Program-made: the position numbers and the translations under genes
The notes under the pieces: generated by a model
Seen by the model: the letters and a program-made list of their open reading frames with translations, nothing else
Database searches by the model: none
Told to the model about the DNA's origin: nothing
Shown: positions 12,584-23,885 of the stretch, in pieces
How positions within the stretch are numbered: position 1 is the stretch's first letter
Layout: the number at the start of each line of letters is the position of its first letter
Assembly: GCA_002104905.1 (NCBI GenBank)
Contig: MCFE01000432.1
Location: 1-64,000, forward strand
Direction of reading: 5' to 3'
Length of the DNA: 64,000 bases
Source: Basidiobolus meristosporus CBS 931.73
Lineage: Eukaryota > Fungi > Basidiobolomycota

Positions 12584-12934
12584 ATGTTCGGAAGCAACAA
12601 GGAATTACCCCAGCTAGCCCCTCCCTTGGACACTCCTTATACTCTTGAGGAGCTCAAGAAGTATGATGGTAGCAGTCCTGATGCTCCAATCTACCTAGCC
12701 GTCAAGGGTGTTGTTTTTGATGTTACCCCTAGACGCGAGATGTACGGCCCAGGCAGCGGATATCACATCTTTACCGGTAAAGACGCCTCCCGTGCCCTTG
12801 CCACCTCCTCCCTGAAGGCAGAAGACTGCATCGCCAACATCGATGGCATCACCGCCGAGGAGATGGAAACCTTGAACAAGTGGTACGACTTCTTCTCCAA
12901 GAGATACAACACCGTCGGTAGAATCGTAGAGTAA
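12584..12934 (+). CDS. Cytochrome b5-like heme/steroid-binding protein (MAPR/Dap1/neudesin family)
   Basis: YTLEELKKYDGS..PIYLAVKGVVFDVT..MYGPGSGYHIFTGKDASRALA..L..W..FF..RY..VGR. Confidence 0.92.
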   Translation: MFGSNKELPQLAPPLDTPYTLEELKKYDGSSPDAPIYLAVKGVVFDVTPRREMYGPGSGYHIFTGKDASRALATSSLKAEDCIANIDGITAEEMETLNKWYDFFSKRYNTVGRIVE

Positions 12935-13436
12935 GTTTTCTTCCACTCCAAACCACCCACCACGTTTTTTCGGCTCGGAGGATCCCCCGTCTCTACCCCG
13001 GTCAATATGAGGGTTGTGTGTGTTTCCTCCACTTTTAAGCCTAAATCCAATCAACGCGATAAAGTACTTTCTAGTCAAACCCATCCTTTCCCACAACAGT
13101 GCTCACAAAAAAATTGACTTGTGCCCATGAATCTAGGAACAGGCACCGGCTTTGAGGCTTGTCGCAGGGTGCCACTCCAGTCGCAGGAAATAAAGGACCC
13201 GGGAACCGGTTGGGTGGACATCATTTTAATCTACAGCATAGCTATACACGTTCTGCATATGCATAAAGTCGTATTTCATGAGAAACTGGTTTCAATATGA
13301 GTGGGTGGTTGCTTGAGGTTCAATGGAACCAAGGGAAACGCTGTCTAATTAAGGAACGGGCGTCGTACAAATCATTTGGCCGTGAAAGAAGGCGAGGGAT
13401 CCGGTATAGATTGGAAAGGGGGGGGGAGACGAGGCC

Positions 13437-14243
13437 TCATTCCGAGCCTTGGGTGACCGTGTCAAGGGCGTGCTCAACACTGGGCTTGGGCCCGATCTGG
13501 ATTTTCAGGCTTTTGATCTTGCCACCTTTCTCCACCACGATGTGGCTTCTCTTGATTCCTTTTGGTTGCTTGGTGACGCCCAGTCGCTTCAGAACCTTAT
13601 ATTCAGGGTCGCACAGCAACGTATAGCCTAGATTGTGTTTGTTTTTCCAGCTAGTCTGAGCCTTGGGGGAGTCCGCGGACATCCCATAGATCTTGTATCC
13701 GTTAGAGGTGGCATCGGGCAATCGGTCTCTGAAGCCGCACGCTTGGATGGTGCATCCGGGGGTGTTCGCGCGAGGGTAAAAGAAGATAATGAACCCGTTG
13801 GACTTCGCAAGCTCTTGAAGCTTCACTTCCTCCCCAGAGTCGGTCACCACGGGGGCCAAATCTTCGGGTAGATAGGACCCTTCAGAAAGCCCCTGACCGG
13901 CGTCTGACTCCGGCTTTTCCTCCGTTTCCTTTACCTCGCTCTTGGAACGTGAGGCTCGAGCTTTGGCGGGCTTGGCTTCGGGCGCCGTGGCAGTGCTCTC
14001 GGGGCTGGGGCTTTTTTTGGCCGGCTCCTCTGGTTTATTTTCGGACTTCGTGGCACGCGGTTTACGCGGTTTGGTTTCCTTCTTATCCTCCGTAGGGCTG
14101 ATCTTGGCCTTGGCCGCTCTGCTTGATACCGGTTTCTTTGTTTCCGTTTTCAACTTCTTACTGGCCGACTCATCTGTAGGGATGGCCTTGGCAGCAGCAG
14201 CAGCAGCGGAAGCAGATCTTGTAACGCGTTTGGTAGGTATCAT
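13437..14243 (-). CDS. DOT5: Peroxiredoxin Q/BCP (Dot5-like) with a long Lys/Ala/Pro-rich N-terminal extension
   Basis: FFYPRANTPGCTIQACGFRD active site; likely ATG at 14243 (MIPTKRVTRS), consistent with nuclear Dot5-type proteins. Confidence 0.85.
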   Translation of the reverse strand: MIPTKRVTRSASAAAAAAKAIPTDESASKKLKTETKKPVSSRAAKAKISPTEDKKETKPRKPRATKSENKPEEPAKKSPSPESTATAPEAKPAKARASRSKSEVKETEEKPESDAGQGLSEGSYLPEDLAPVVTDSGEEVKLQELAKSNGFIIFFYPRANTPGCTIQACGFRDRLPDATSNGYKIYGMSADSPKAQTSWKNKHNLGYTLLCDPEYKVLKRLGVTKQPKGIKRSHIVVEKGGKIKSLKIQIGPKPSVEHALDTVTQGSE

Positions 14244-14731
14244 TTGTATATTCTGAACGTAGTCGGGCGGGTGACGAACGTAACAAGAGGAAGGTAGGAA
14301 GCAACCGAAAACCCCTTTGAGTAAGAGAAATTTGGTGACGGAGCTGGAATTATAGCTAGATGTTATGGAGTTCGTGGTCCACCAGTCAAGAGAGAGCGAT
14401 TCCAAGATTGGTGGGATGGCGAGGGAATGATCAGTTGAATTCCATTCGAAATAATTGGGAAAATTCACGCGATTTGTTGGAGTGCGAGGATCTTGCATAT
14501 ATGGAGGAATTGGCATTTGCCACCACACTCGCTTTCGCGTAGCACCTTATCTTGTAGGCTAGATTGGTGCGGGCCCACTACCAGTTCACATAGGTCTATT
14601 AGATTGCTGTTGTGAACAATAGAATAACAATCTTCTTGGAAGAGGCTTGCATCGCGAATATTAAGCTTGATGGGCTATGGAAATTTTCGCAACAATCGGG
14701 GATACGGTGAATGTAGAATCAATAAAATGTA

Positions 14732-14803
14732 GGGCTCAACCGGGAATTGAACCCGGGACCTCCTCGACCCGAACGAGGAATCATACTACTAGACCATTGA
14801 GCC
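14732..14803 (-). tRNA. tRNA-Pro (anticodon CGG)
   Basis: GGCTCAA/TTGAGCC acceptor stem; anticodon arm CCTCG-TTCGGGT-CGAGG; T-loop GGTTCAATTCC. Confidence 0.95.
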
Positions 14804-15833
14804 GTCGTCGATTGCATGGGAGTTAAAAATGTACTCTACCATCCATCACCTATGCATCTCACTACTCGTCTATGCATTCTCGATGTACCAATAGTAGTCG
14901 CCATGGGAATTTTTGATCTTCGAGAATTGCCAGTTGTGGAGTAGAACCCCATATTCCAAACTAGTTTCACGAAGCTAATACATCTTTTTATGAGATTGAT
15001 GTGTATTGGACGGATCGAGCATCAATTGATAACATGTCTTCCTAGTAGTTCAACCTGATTCCATTCCGAATCAGGGTGAGGGAGGAGGCTAAGTCAGGAG
15101 TAGGGTAAAGGCGGCGGTTTTGGAAACTGGCTTTTGCTGTGCGCAGTGTACGTTGAGGCTGGTTCACGGCTTGTCATATTTCCAGCAGTTCCAACGCCAT
15201 GCGATGTGGTAGGGTTTTTCTGAAGCAACAGCACCCACAGACGTATGTCTCGTCGCAACTTCAGTCAATGCTGTGTAATGCCCGACTAGATAAATGATGG
15301 TGGCTAACATGGTGTGCAGTCATGGTGGCGAATTTACATAGGATATCTAGCTTGGATTCTGAGTAAAAAAGGGGTATTTGCCATAACGCCTGGTGACGTA
15401 TGTGTATATAGCGTGGAAAATGTAGGACCTCTCATGTCAAGTATCAATGTTTGTAAACAAATTCCCTATTTCGCCATATGGAATAAAGGATGCATTGCCT
15501 CTACAAGCGACCACAGCTGAATAAAGGCCCTCATAAAAGTTGCGGCAATGATGTAAATAGAGTTCTACCACTGCAACTGGGTTGTGGCCGATATGTGTCT
15601 TGATGTTTCACAATAAAGATCTAATCCTAGGGGAACAATTAAGGGTGAAGGAGTGCTTTTCAGGAGATTAAAACGAGGTCGTAACGACAAAAAATATCAG
15701 TTTCAAATACTGGCTTATATGAGAGACTCCGGGTATATAACCTTGACGATTTTCCTACAATATAGTACAGCTTGCTAGTGCACTTCAATAGATACCAACA
15801 AGCATCTGGTTAACATCCAATACATCATATACA

Positions 15834-18565
15834 ATGAGAATCTCAGCCTCTACTCTACTTTTCGTTATCTCAACTGCCTGCACCGTTGGGGCCGCAACAG
15901 CAGGAGCAGCAGGTGCGTATGATACCACAGATCTTTCCAATGGATCAGGAGGTTCTGGTGGTAACGGCGGTGGTAATAGTGCCGGGACTTATGGCGCTGG
16001 CAACGGCAGCGACGGTAATGGTGGAGGTGCCGGTGGAAATGGCGGAGGCAATGGCGGCAATGGTGGTGGTAATGGTGCTGGATCTTATGGCACCGGAAAT
16101 GGAGGAAATGGCGGAGGTAGTGGTGGCAATGGAGGAGGCGCTGGCGGAAACGGCAGTGGAAATGGTGGAGGAAATGGCGGCAATGGTGGCGGTAACGGCT
16201 CTGGAGCTTACGATTCTGGTAATAGTGGCAATGGTGGAGGTGCTGGCGGAAACGGCGGAGGAAACGGTGGTAATGGAGGAGGTGCCGGTGGTAACGGAGG
16301 AGGAAATGGTGGTAACGGAGGAGGTGCTGGAGCCTACGACTCTGGTAACGGTGGCAATGGAGGAGGTGCTGGCGGAAACGGTGGTGGAAATGGCGGCGGT
16401 AACGGCTCTGGAGCTTATGACACCGGAAACGGCGGAGGAAGCGGTGGCAACGGAGGAGGAAGCGGTGGTAACGGAGGAGGAAATGGTGCTGGAGCCTACG
16501 ACTCTGGTAACGGTGGCAATGGAGGAGGTGCTGGCGGAAACGGCGGAGGAAATGGCGGCGGTAATGGCTCTGGAGCTTATGACACCGGAAACGGCGGAGG
16601 AAACGGTGGCAACGGAGGAGGAAATGGTGGTAACGGAGGAGGTGCTGGAGCCTACGACTCTGGTAACGGTGGCAATGGAGGAGGTGCTGGCGGAAACGGT
16701 GGTGGAATGGCGGCGGTAACGGCTCTGGAGCTTATGACACCGGAAACGGCGGAGGAAGCGGTGGCAACGGAGGAGGAAGCGGTGGTAACGGAGGAGGAAA
16801 TGGTGCTGGAGCCTACGACTCTGGTAACGGTGGCAATGGAGGAGGTGCTGGCGGAAACGGCGGAGGAAATGGCGGCGGTAATGGCTCTGGAGCTTATGAC
16901 ACCGGAAACGGCGGAGGAAACGGTGGCAACGGAGGAGGAAATGGTGGTAACGGAGGAGGTGCTGGAGCCTACGACTCTGGTAACGGTGGCAATGGAGGAG
17001 GTGCTGGCGGAAACGGCGGAGGAAATGGCGGCGGTAACGGCTCTGGAGCTTATGACACCGGAAACGGCGGAGGAAACGGTGGCAACGGAGGAGGAAACGG
17101 TGGCAACGGAGGAGGAAATGGTGGCAACGGAGGAGGAAATGGTGGTAACGGAGGAGGTGCTGGAGCCTACGACTCTGGTAACGGTGGCAATGGTGGTGGT
17201 GCTGGCGGAAACGGCGGAGGCAATGGTGGCAACGGAGGAGGAAATGGTGCTGGAGCCTACGACTCTGGTAACGGTGGCAATGGAGGAGGTGCTGGCGGAA
17301 ACGGCGGAGGAAATGGCGGCGGTAACGGCTCTGGAGCTTATGACACCGGAAACGGCGGAGGAAACGGTGGCAACGGAGGAGGAAACGGTGGCAACGGAGG
17401 AGGAAATGGTGGCAACGGAGGAGGAAATGGTGGTAACGGAGGAGGTGCTGGAGCCTACGACTCTGGTAACGGTGGCAATGGTGGTGGTGCTGGCGGAAAC
17501 GGCGGAGGCAATGGTGGCAACGGAGGAGGAAATGGTGCTGGAGCCTACGACTCTGGTAACGGTGGCAATGGAGGAGGTGCTGGCGGAAACGGCGGAGGAA
17601 ATGGCGGCGGTAACGGCTCTGGAGCTTATGACACCGGAAACGGCGGAGGAAACGGTGGCAACGGAGGAGGAAATGGTGGCAACGGAGGAGGAAATGGTGC
17701 TGGAGCCTACGACTCTGGTAACGGTGGCAATGGTGGTGGTGCTGGTGGAAACGGCGGAGGAAACGGTGGTAATGGAGGAGGTGCCGGTGGTAACGGAGGA
17801 GGAAGCGGTGGTAACGGAGGAGGAAATGGTGGTAACGGAGGAGGTGCTGGAGCCTACGACTCTGGTAACGGTGGCAATGGTGGTGGTGCTGGCGGAAACG
17901 GCGGAGGCAATGGTGGCAACGGAGGAGGAAATGGTGCTGGAGCCTACGACTCTGGTAACGGTGGCAATGGAGGAGGTGCTGGCGGAAACGGCGGAGGAAA
18001 TGGCGGCGGTAACGGCTCTGGAGCTTATGACACCGGAAACGGCGGAGGAAACGGTGGCAACGGAGGAGGAAATGGTGGCAACGGAGGAGGAAATGGTGGT
18101 AACGGAGGAGGTGCTGGAGCCTACGACTCTGGTAACGGTGGCAATGGAGGAGGTGCTGGCGGAAACGGCGGAGGAAATGGCGGCGGTAACGGCTCTGGAG
18201 CTTATGACACCGGAAACGGCGGAGGAAACGGTGGCAACGGAGGAGGAAGCGGTGGTAACGGAGGAGGCAATGGTGGCAACGGAGGAGGAAATGGTGCTGG
18301 AGCCTACGACTCTGGTAACGGTGGCAATGGAGGAGGTGCTGGCGGAAACGGTGGTGGAAATGGCGGCGGTAACGGCTCTGGAGCTTATGGCACCGGAAAC
18401 GGCGGAGGAAGCGGTGGCAACGGAGGAGGAAGCGGTGGTAACGGTGGCAATGGAGGTAATGCTGGCGGTAATGGTGGAGGTGCTGGTGGAAATGGGCAAT
18501 ATGATACCTCGGATCATAGCGGAAACATCCTTGGCACTTTGTACAAGAGATTCTTTGGGAACTAG
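15834..18565 (+). CDS. Secreted Gly/Asn-rich repeat protein (~910 aa if repaired) with a 1-nt frameshift at ~16707
   Basis: Signal peptide MRISASTLLFVISTACTVGAA; GGN/GGG/AGG repeats punctuated by GAYDSG/GAYDTG; the Gly frame resumes after the shift and ends QYDTSDHSGNILGTLYKRFFGN* (TAG 18563-18565). Confidence 0.8.
15930..18500. repeat. Coding minisatellite array (roughly two dozen near-identical Tyr-punctuated modules)
   Basis: Recurrent gcctacgactctggtaacggtggcaatgg and gcttatgacaccggaaacggcggagga units. Confidence 0.95.
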
Positions 18566-19085
18566 GCCTATTCACTCGAAAACATATATATATATATATA
18601 CCTCTAACTAGAATTAGTTCAAGATATCTCGTAATAGTCAAGCAACTATTTGGCCCTCAACTAATCTTTGAAAATAAAAGCGAACACGGATCTAACTTAC
18701 TCCATCTGGCCCTAAGCAAGTTCGATCAACCGTTAGACACGATGATGTCCGCAAGTGTGGATATTGTGGGGATAACCTGGAGCAATGTCGTATTGGTTGA
18801 AATTTTTATGATTGATTATACTTCAAGACATCTGGAAATGGGAGTAACAAAAGGGAGCCTGGGAAAGATAATAATGGGGTTGTCACAGTAGATCAAAATA
18901 GATCGAAGGTGAGAGAAAAGCAATGATTCTTAGCAGCAGTTTAGAGGACATTTTATCTTAGAATGTCGAGATAACCGATAGAAGGTAAGGGAGTAGTGAT
19001 TAGCGATCCGGGATAGGGTTGTTTATATTCTAAGCCTTGGAAATCTTCAGAAAATGGCCAAGGGGGGCGCCGAGCGGACCGGATC

Positions 19086-20023
19086 TTAACAAGCGCAATA
19101 GCCAGCATCCTCTTCGTTATTTCCTTCGGTGAGTTTAACTCCCGAGGACTGGGTTTGCTTCTGCCATAACGATGGCGTATCAATAATCTACAAGCAAGGT
19201 CATGACCAGTGTTAGGTTGATGCGAGCCAAAGAAGAGCAACTCACCTTGCGAACGAGCTCTTCGACGGCCTGGTGAACGCCGACCTTGGTCTTGGCTGAG
19301 CACTCAATAAACAAGGTTTGCATTTTTCGAGCATATTCAGCACCTTCCTTGCGACTAACCACTCGAGATGATTCCTATATTGAAAGAGATACCGGTAAGC
19401 GCAGTTCAAATCATATTCCGGATGCTGGGTCGAAGCTACCTTGTCAACTTTGTTTCCTACTATCATCTTGACAACATCCTTGCTAGAACAATAGGTGTTC
19501 AGTTCGGTAAACCATTGGTCCAGCTGCTCAAATGTATCTCGCTCGGAGACGTCGTAGACTAGTGTATGAAATGGACTTCGTTGATATGCGTTTGATAAGT
19601 CGAGGGATTCGTCCATTAGAACCTACCTAAAATTACGCCCTGTGCGCCACGATAATAGGAGGAGGTCAGGGTGCGGAAACGCTCTTGCCCAGCAGTATCC
19701 TAATAGCAAGTGATGAATATTTGGAGAAACAGAAACACAGTTGATTTGGCCTATTTACCCAAATGGTGAGCTTGTATTTCTTATCGTCCACCTCTATGAC
19801 CTTAACCTTGAAATCGACCCCTATATTCCCGAAGAAAGCGCGATTAAAACGGGTACAGGGGACTGGTAAACAGGAGCGGTATGAATGTACCAATGGTCGC
19901 GCTAACTTCATCCTGGGGTAAAAATGTGTCGTCGGTGAAGCGAAGCAAGATCGAGGATTTCCCGACACTCGAGTTGCCAATCAGCAACAGTTTCAAAGTA
20001 GCAGCAACCTCTCCGTCAGCCAT
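19086..20023 (-). CDS. RAB18: Rab18-like small GTPase (multi-exon)
   Basis: LKLLLIGNSSVGKSSILLRFTDD; ATIG|VDFK; WDTAGQERFRTLTSSYYRGAQG; VGNKVDK; FIECSAKT; C-terminal CAC* prenylation motif. Confidence 0.9.
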
Positions 20024-20723
20024 TGTGTATTAGTGAGAATCTAGAGATGGAATACGAGTGAAAGTGCTTTCTAGTGGGTGGGAGTTGCAGAAGCTATGAT
20101 TGTTGACCATGAATGTGGGGGGTTCAGAGTAATTAGGGATATGAGATTAAAACCAATTCAGGGTCAAAGGGTTACAGAAGTAACCGATAATATGGGAGAA
20201 TGTGCTCATGGGATTTCCATCTTATTTCACGATCATCGTCATCGGAACATTCATCGATGCTACCAAGAGCTAATCACCCATTGTAATCACCCACCTCTGC
20301 TCTTCGAGGTCACATGCTGGTCAGTGGGTGCTGTGACGTAAGGATTGGCAAGGTTCAGTTTCCGATCTGATCAAGGGAAGTTGAATCCTTTTCACATCCA
20401 TCGTAGTACCTACCTTATACCGCCTAAGGTTGGTTCTACAACCAATGAGTCAAAGAGCCTCTTGGGCAGCCTAATGCGGGGGGGGGAGTCCAAAGCTATA
20501 TTCACGGCCACACAAGCCTGGATAAGGTGCAAAACCATTAACGACCATCCAAAGTTGGAAGGGGCACAAATACGTCGCAGTATCGTCATGATTGAATCAG
20601 CATCAATGAGGTATTTAAATGCAGAAGCCTATTGATTTCGAAAGTCGATTGATTTGTCCGAAGCCATTCTTAAAATAATCGAGGATAATCTAACTTGTCA
20701 TTTCTTGATCATCAAATTTCTAC

Positions 20724-22514
20724 ATGTCTAGCTATGGCTCTAGGAGTTCATCGAGGTACTCATTTCTAGGCGAACAAAGGCTACCAGGAAACAGTCAAGC
20801 CGGGGTTGACATTCCTAGAAGCAGCCGGGATTCCCAGCTTTCAGTAGACGACTTTGATTACGGCAGCTTGGGCGCCTCTATCACCCATGACATCTATAAA
20901 AACATCGAGCCCACCCAGCGAAACACACGTTCAAACAGCTTTTCCGAGAACATTCACGCACTCTACACGAACGCTGATAACGGAAAGAGTGCTGTTGGTA
21001 TGATGAAAGAGCCCGGTGGTTTCCGCAGAGATTACATTGTCCACAAAGCCCACAAGCAAGGGAAAGCGCCGCCGGTGGAAGCAACCCGAAGTTTCATGGA
21101 CTATATGTATCTTTTCGATCACTTTGCCGGAGAAGATCTCGAGAGTGAAGACGACTCTGAGGAAGAGGAGGAAAGCCCAAGCGCGGTTGAATCCAGCGGT
21201 AGTCGACGTCCCTTGCTCGGACGAAGCGGGCGCAGAATTTCCCGAGCCGCCTCTCAGATTCAAGGAACCGCCTCACTGTCCAAAGCCTTTTTCTTGCTGT
21301 TTAAGGCATTTGTCGGGACGGGTGTGCTGTTTTTGCCAAAAGCGTTTGCAAATGGAGGGATCGTCTTTTCAAGTGTGGTCGCGCTCTTTGTTGCCTTCTT
21401 ATCAGGGCTCTCGATGCTGCTGCTGGTGAAGGTTCGGGAGGAGGTCCCCGGGGGTTTTGGAGATATCGGAGGACAGCTATTCGGGCCAAGAATGAAATAT
21501 GTCATTCTTTCATCGATCGCGCTCTCACAGGTACCGATCTTTACAGTGTTTCTTGATGGAAGGTTTTATTAATGGCCACACAAACAGATTGGGTTCTCAT
21601 GTGCATACATGATCTTCATTGCGAAAAACTTGAGCGATATGATTCTGACCATATCCAAGTGCCAAGTGGTTGTATCGGATCAGATCTTGATTCTGGTTCA
21701 GCTTGTGCTCTACATTCCGTTCTCATGGCTTCGTAAGATGAACAATCTATCGAGCGCAGCCTTGGTTGCCAACATAGCGATCTTCTTCGGCCTGATCTAC
21801 ATCTACTTTACCGACGTCTCGATTCTGGTCACCGAGGGCCCCGCCCCGCTCAAGGCTTTCAATAGCGAGAGTTTCGGGCTCTTCTTGGGCACCGCATTCT
21901 TCACCTTCGAGGGCATTGGGCTGGTGATTCCGATAGTGAGTTCCATGAAGGAGCCCAGGAAATTTCCGCAGCTATTGACGGGGGCGATGTTTCTTATTGC
22001 GTTGATTTTTGTTTCCATGGGCTCTCTGTCGTATGCTGCGTTTGGCCAGGATGTGGAGGCGGTCGTGCTGCTCAGTCTTCCGCAGAACGCAGTGACCCAA
22101 ACCGCCCAGGGTCTGTATGTGATTGCCATTGCTCTGACCGTGCCGCTGATGCTTTTCCCAGCGATCCGCATTGTAGAAAACGCGCTGTTTGGCAAAAAAA
22201 CGGGCAAATACTCGATCAAGATCAAAATCGAGAAGAATATCTTCCGGGCGGTCCTTTGTGTATTTACCGCCGTTGTAGCCATTGGCGGCTACTCCAACCT
22301 CGATAACTTTGTTGCACTGATCGGTGCTCTAGCTTGTATTCCGTTGGCATTCATCTTCCCAGCGCTGTTCCATTTGAAGGCGCTGGCCACCAAGCCCTGG
22401 GTTCGTGCGGGGGATATTGCGCTGTTGATATTCGGTGTGGCGGTGATGATATTTGTCACCATCAACACGCTTGCCACCTGGGGCGCCCACCCTACCAAGG
22501 ATAAGTGCGCATAG
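20724..22514 (+). CDS. Vacuolar amino-acid transporter, Avt3/Avt4-like (Aa_trans), one intron at ~21531-21587
   Basis: PGGFRRDYI; LFDHFAGEDL; FLLFKAFVGTGVLFLPKAFANGG; FTFEGIGLVIPI; PLMLFPAIRIVE. Confidence 0.93.
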
Positions 22515-23885
22515 AGGTATAATCTATTTTTAGAAGATATGAACCCCGTTTCCTTATTTGACCATGTGCCATCAGCCATTTCTCCATAGCACGGAGTCTA
22601 AACCAATGCACGCCTATTGTGATGCTCATTCATTACGTCAATAAAAATATTCCATTGTACCAATGTGCCTCACCCCTTCCCAGCAGCGACTCTAGCCACA
22701 TACCGTATTAGTCGAGGATTACCAATGGCCTTCAGCAAACCGGATTCTTGACTAGGGAATGGAAAGACCCAAACCGAGGCGATAGGGGTATCCTCCCTCC
22801 AGTGAACCAAATCATGTTACCTCCAGTGAACCAAATCATGTTGACCATATTACCACATTTATTTAAGCCTAAACCTGAATCAAGATGCTTCTCTTATTAC
22901 TCCTAATGGAAATGGTCCTTGGGTGACATCACCCAGCTTCCAGCGCTTGGAGCAGTTGACCCGGTAGCCATATCCATGTTGAATACGGCAGAGCTTAGCA
23001 GCCAGTCCAATGATAACCAACCGCTCCGCCTTGCTCTCGGTGACGTTACACCACCGTAGGGTGTGGAAGGTGTATGAATCTAGACCGCTTGGCAACTAGG
23101 AAATAATAGTGCTACCCACAGCATGCTTGAGAGCACTTCATACGGCTGGTAACCGGTTGAGGACCTCCGATGTGCAAGGTAAAAGACTGTGACGATCACT
23201 GATGTTGAGAGTGCACCCTCCCATCCAATCAGCCGCCATCCTGAACGATCTAACAATAGCGAATCGAGGAGGTGCTTGGTGAAGGTGTGGAAACAGATAG
23301 CCCGTTGCTTGGTGTCATTACAATAAGACATATACATCAAGCCTCTTAGCCCGGCATTACAGAGGCCTCACCTGAATCATGAACCTTGGTAAAATGGAAG
23401 CCTCCTCGCCAGGGTATTGGAGGGTTGATGAATCACCCGTGTGGACGAAGATGCACAGAGATCCTAGGATATAAAAAGAAGAAACATGGCGGCCATAACA
23501 GAAAACCTGGGATATTCAAAGAAGACACACGGCGGCTACAATAGAAACACATAACAGTCGGATCGGAACCAGAACAACCTTAAACCTGCAACCTGCAACC
23601 TGCAACCGCTCCAGTACTCCTGATTAAACCTCAACCAAAAATACCAGCCAATCGCCCTGGGTGCTGGTTCAAGTTAACTAAATAACATTTAGGTAGATGT
23701 CGAGTCCATTGTTACCGTTTTGGGAAATTCCACTTGGCAGACATGCACGATATGGTTTCACTCGAGATCAATGGTAGGAGGAGATGAAATCGTGGGCGCG
23801 GGCGAACTAATAAATACGGACATTTCCGCTCTCGACAACCCCATCCTCAAGATACTTAGATTCTTTTCCTCCTACTGTAACAACA

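Noticed and set aside
16707-18611. Glu/Thr/Val-rich C-terminal half of the 925-aa ORF as the evolved product
   Set aside because: Codon pattern, the upstream frame and the unique C-terminus all fit the Gly frame; it arises from a 1-nt deletion (kept as a separate finding).
15945-18641. Long antisense ORFs (898 aa His/Arg-rich; 621 aa Ser/Thr-rich) over the Gly repeat
   Set aside because: Stop-free frames are an automatic by-product of GGN/AAY codon repeats; they have no signal peptide or unique domain.
22797-22845. 24-bp tandem duplication; also (ACCTGCA)3 at ~23585 and (AT)n at ~18585
   Set aside because: Ordinary local slippage events with no evident function.
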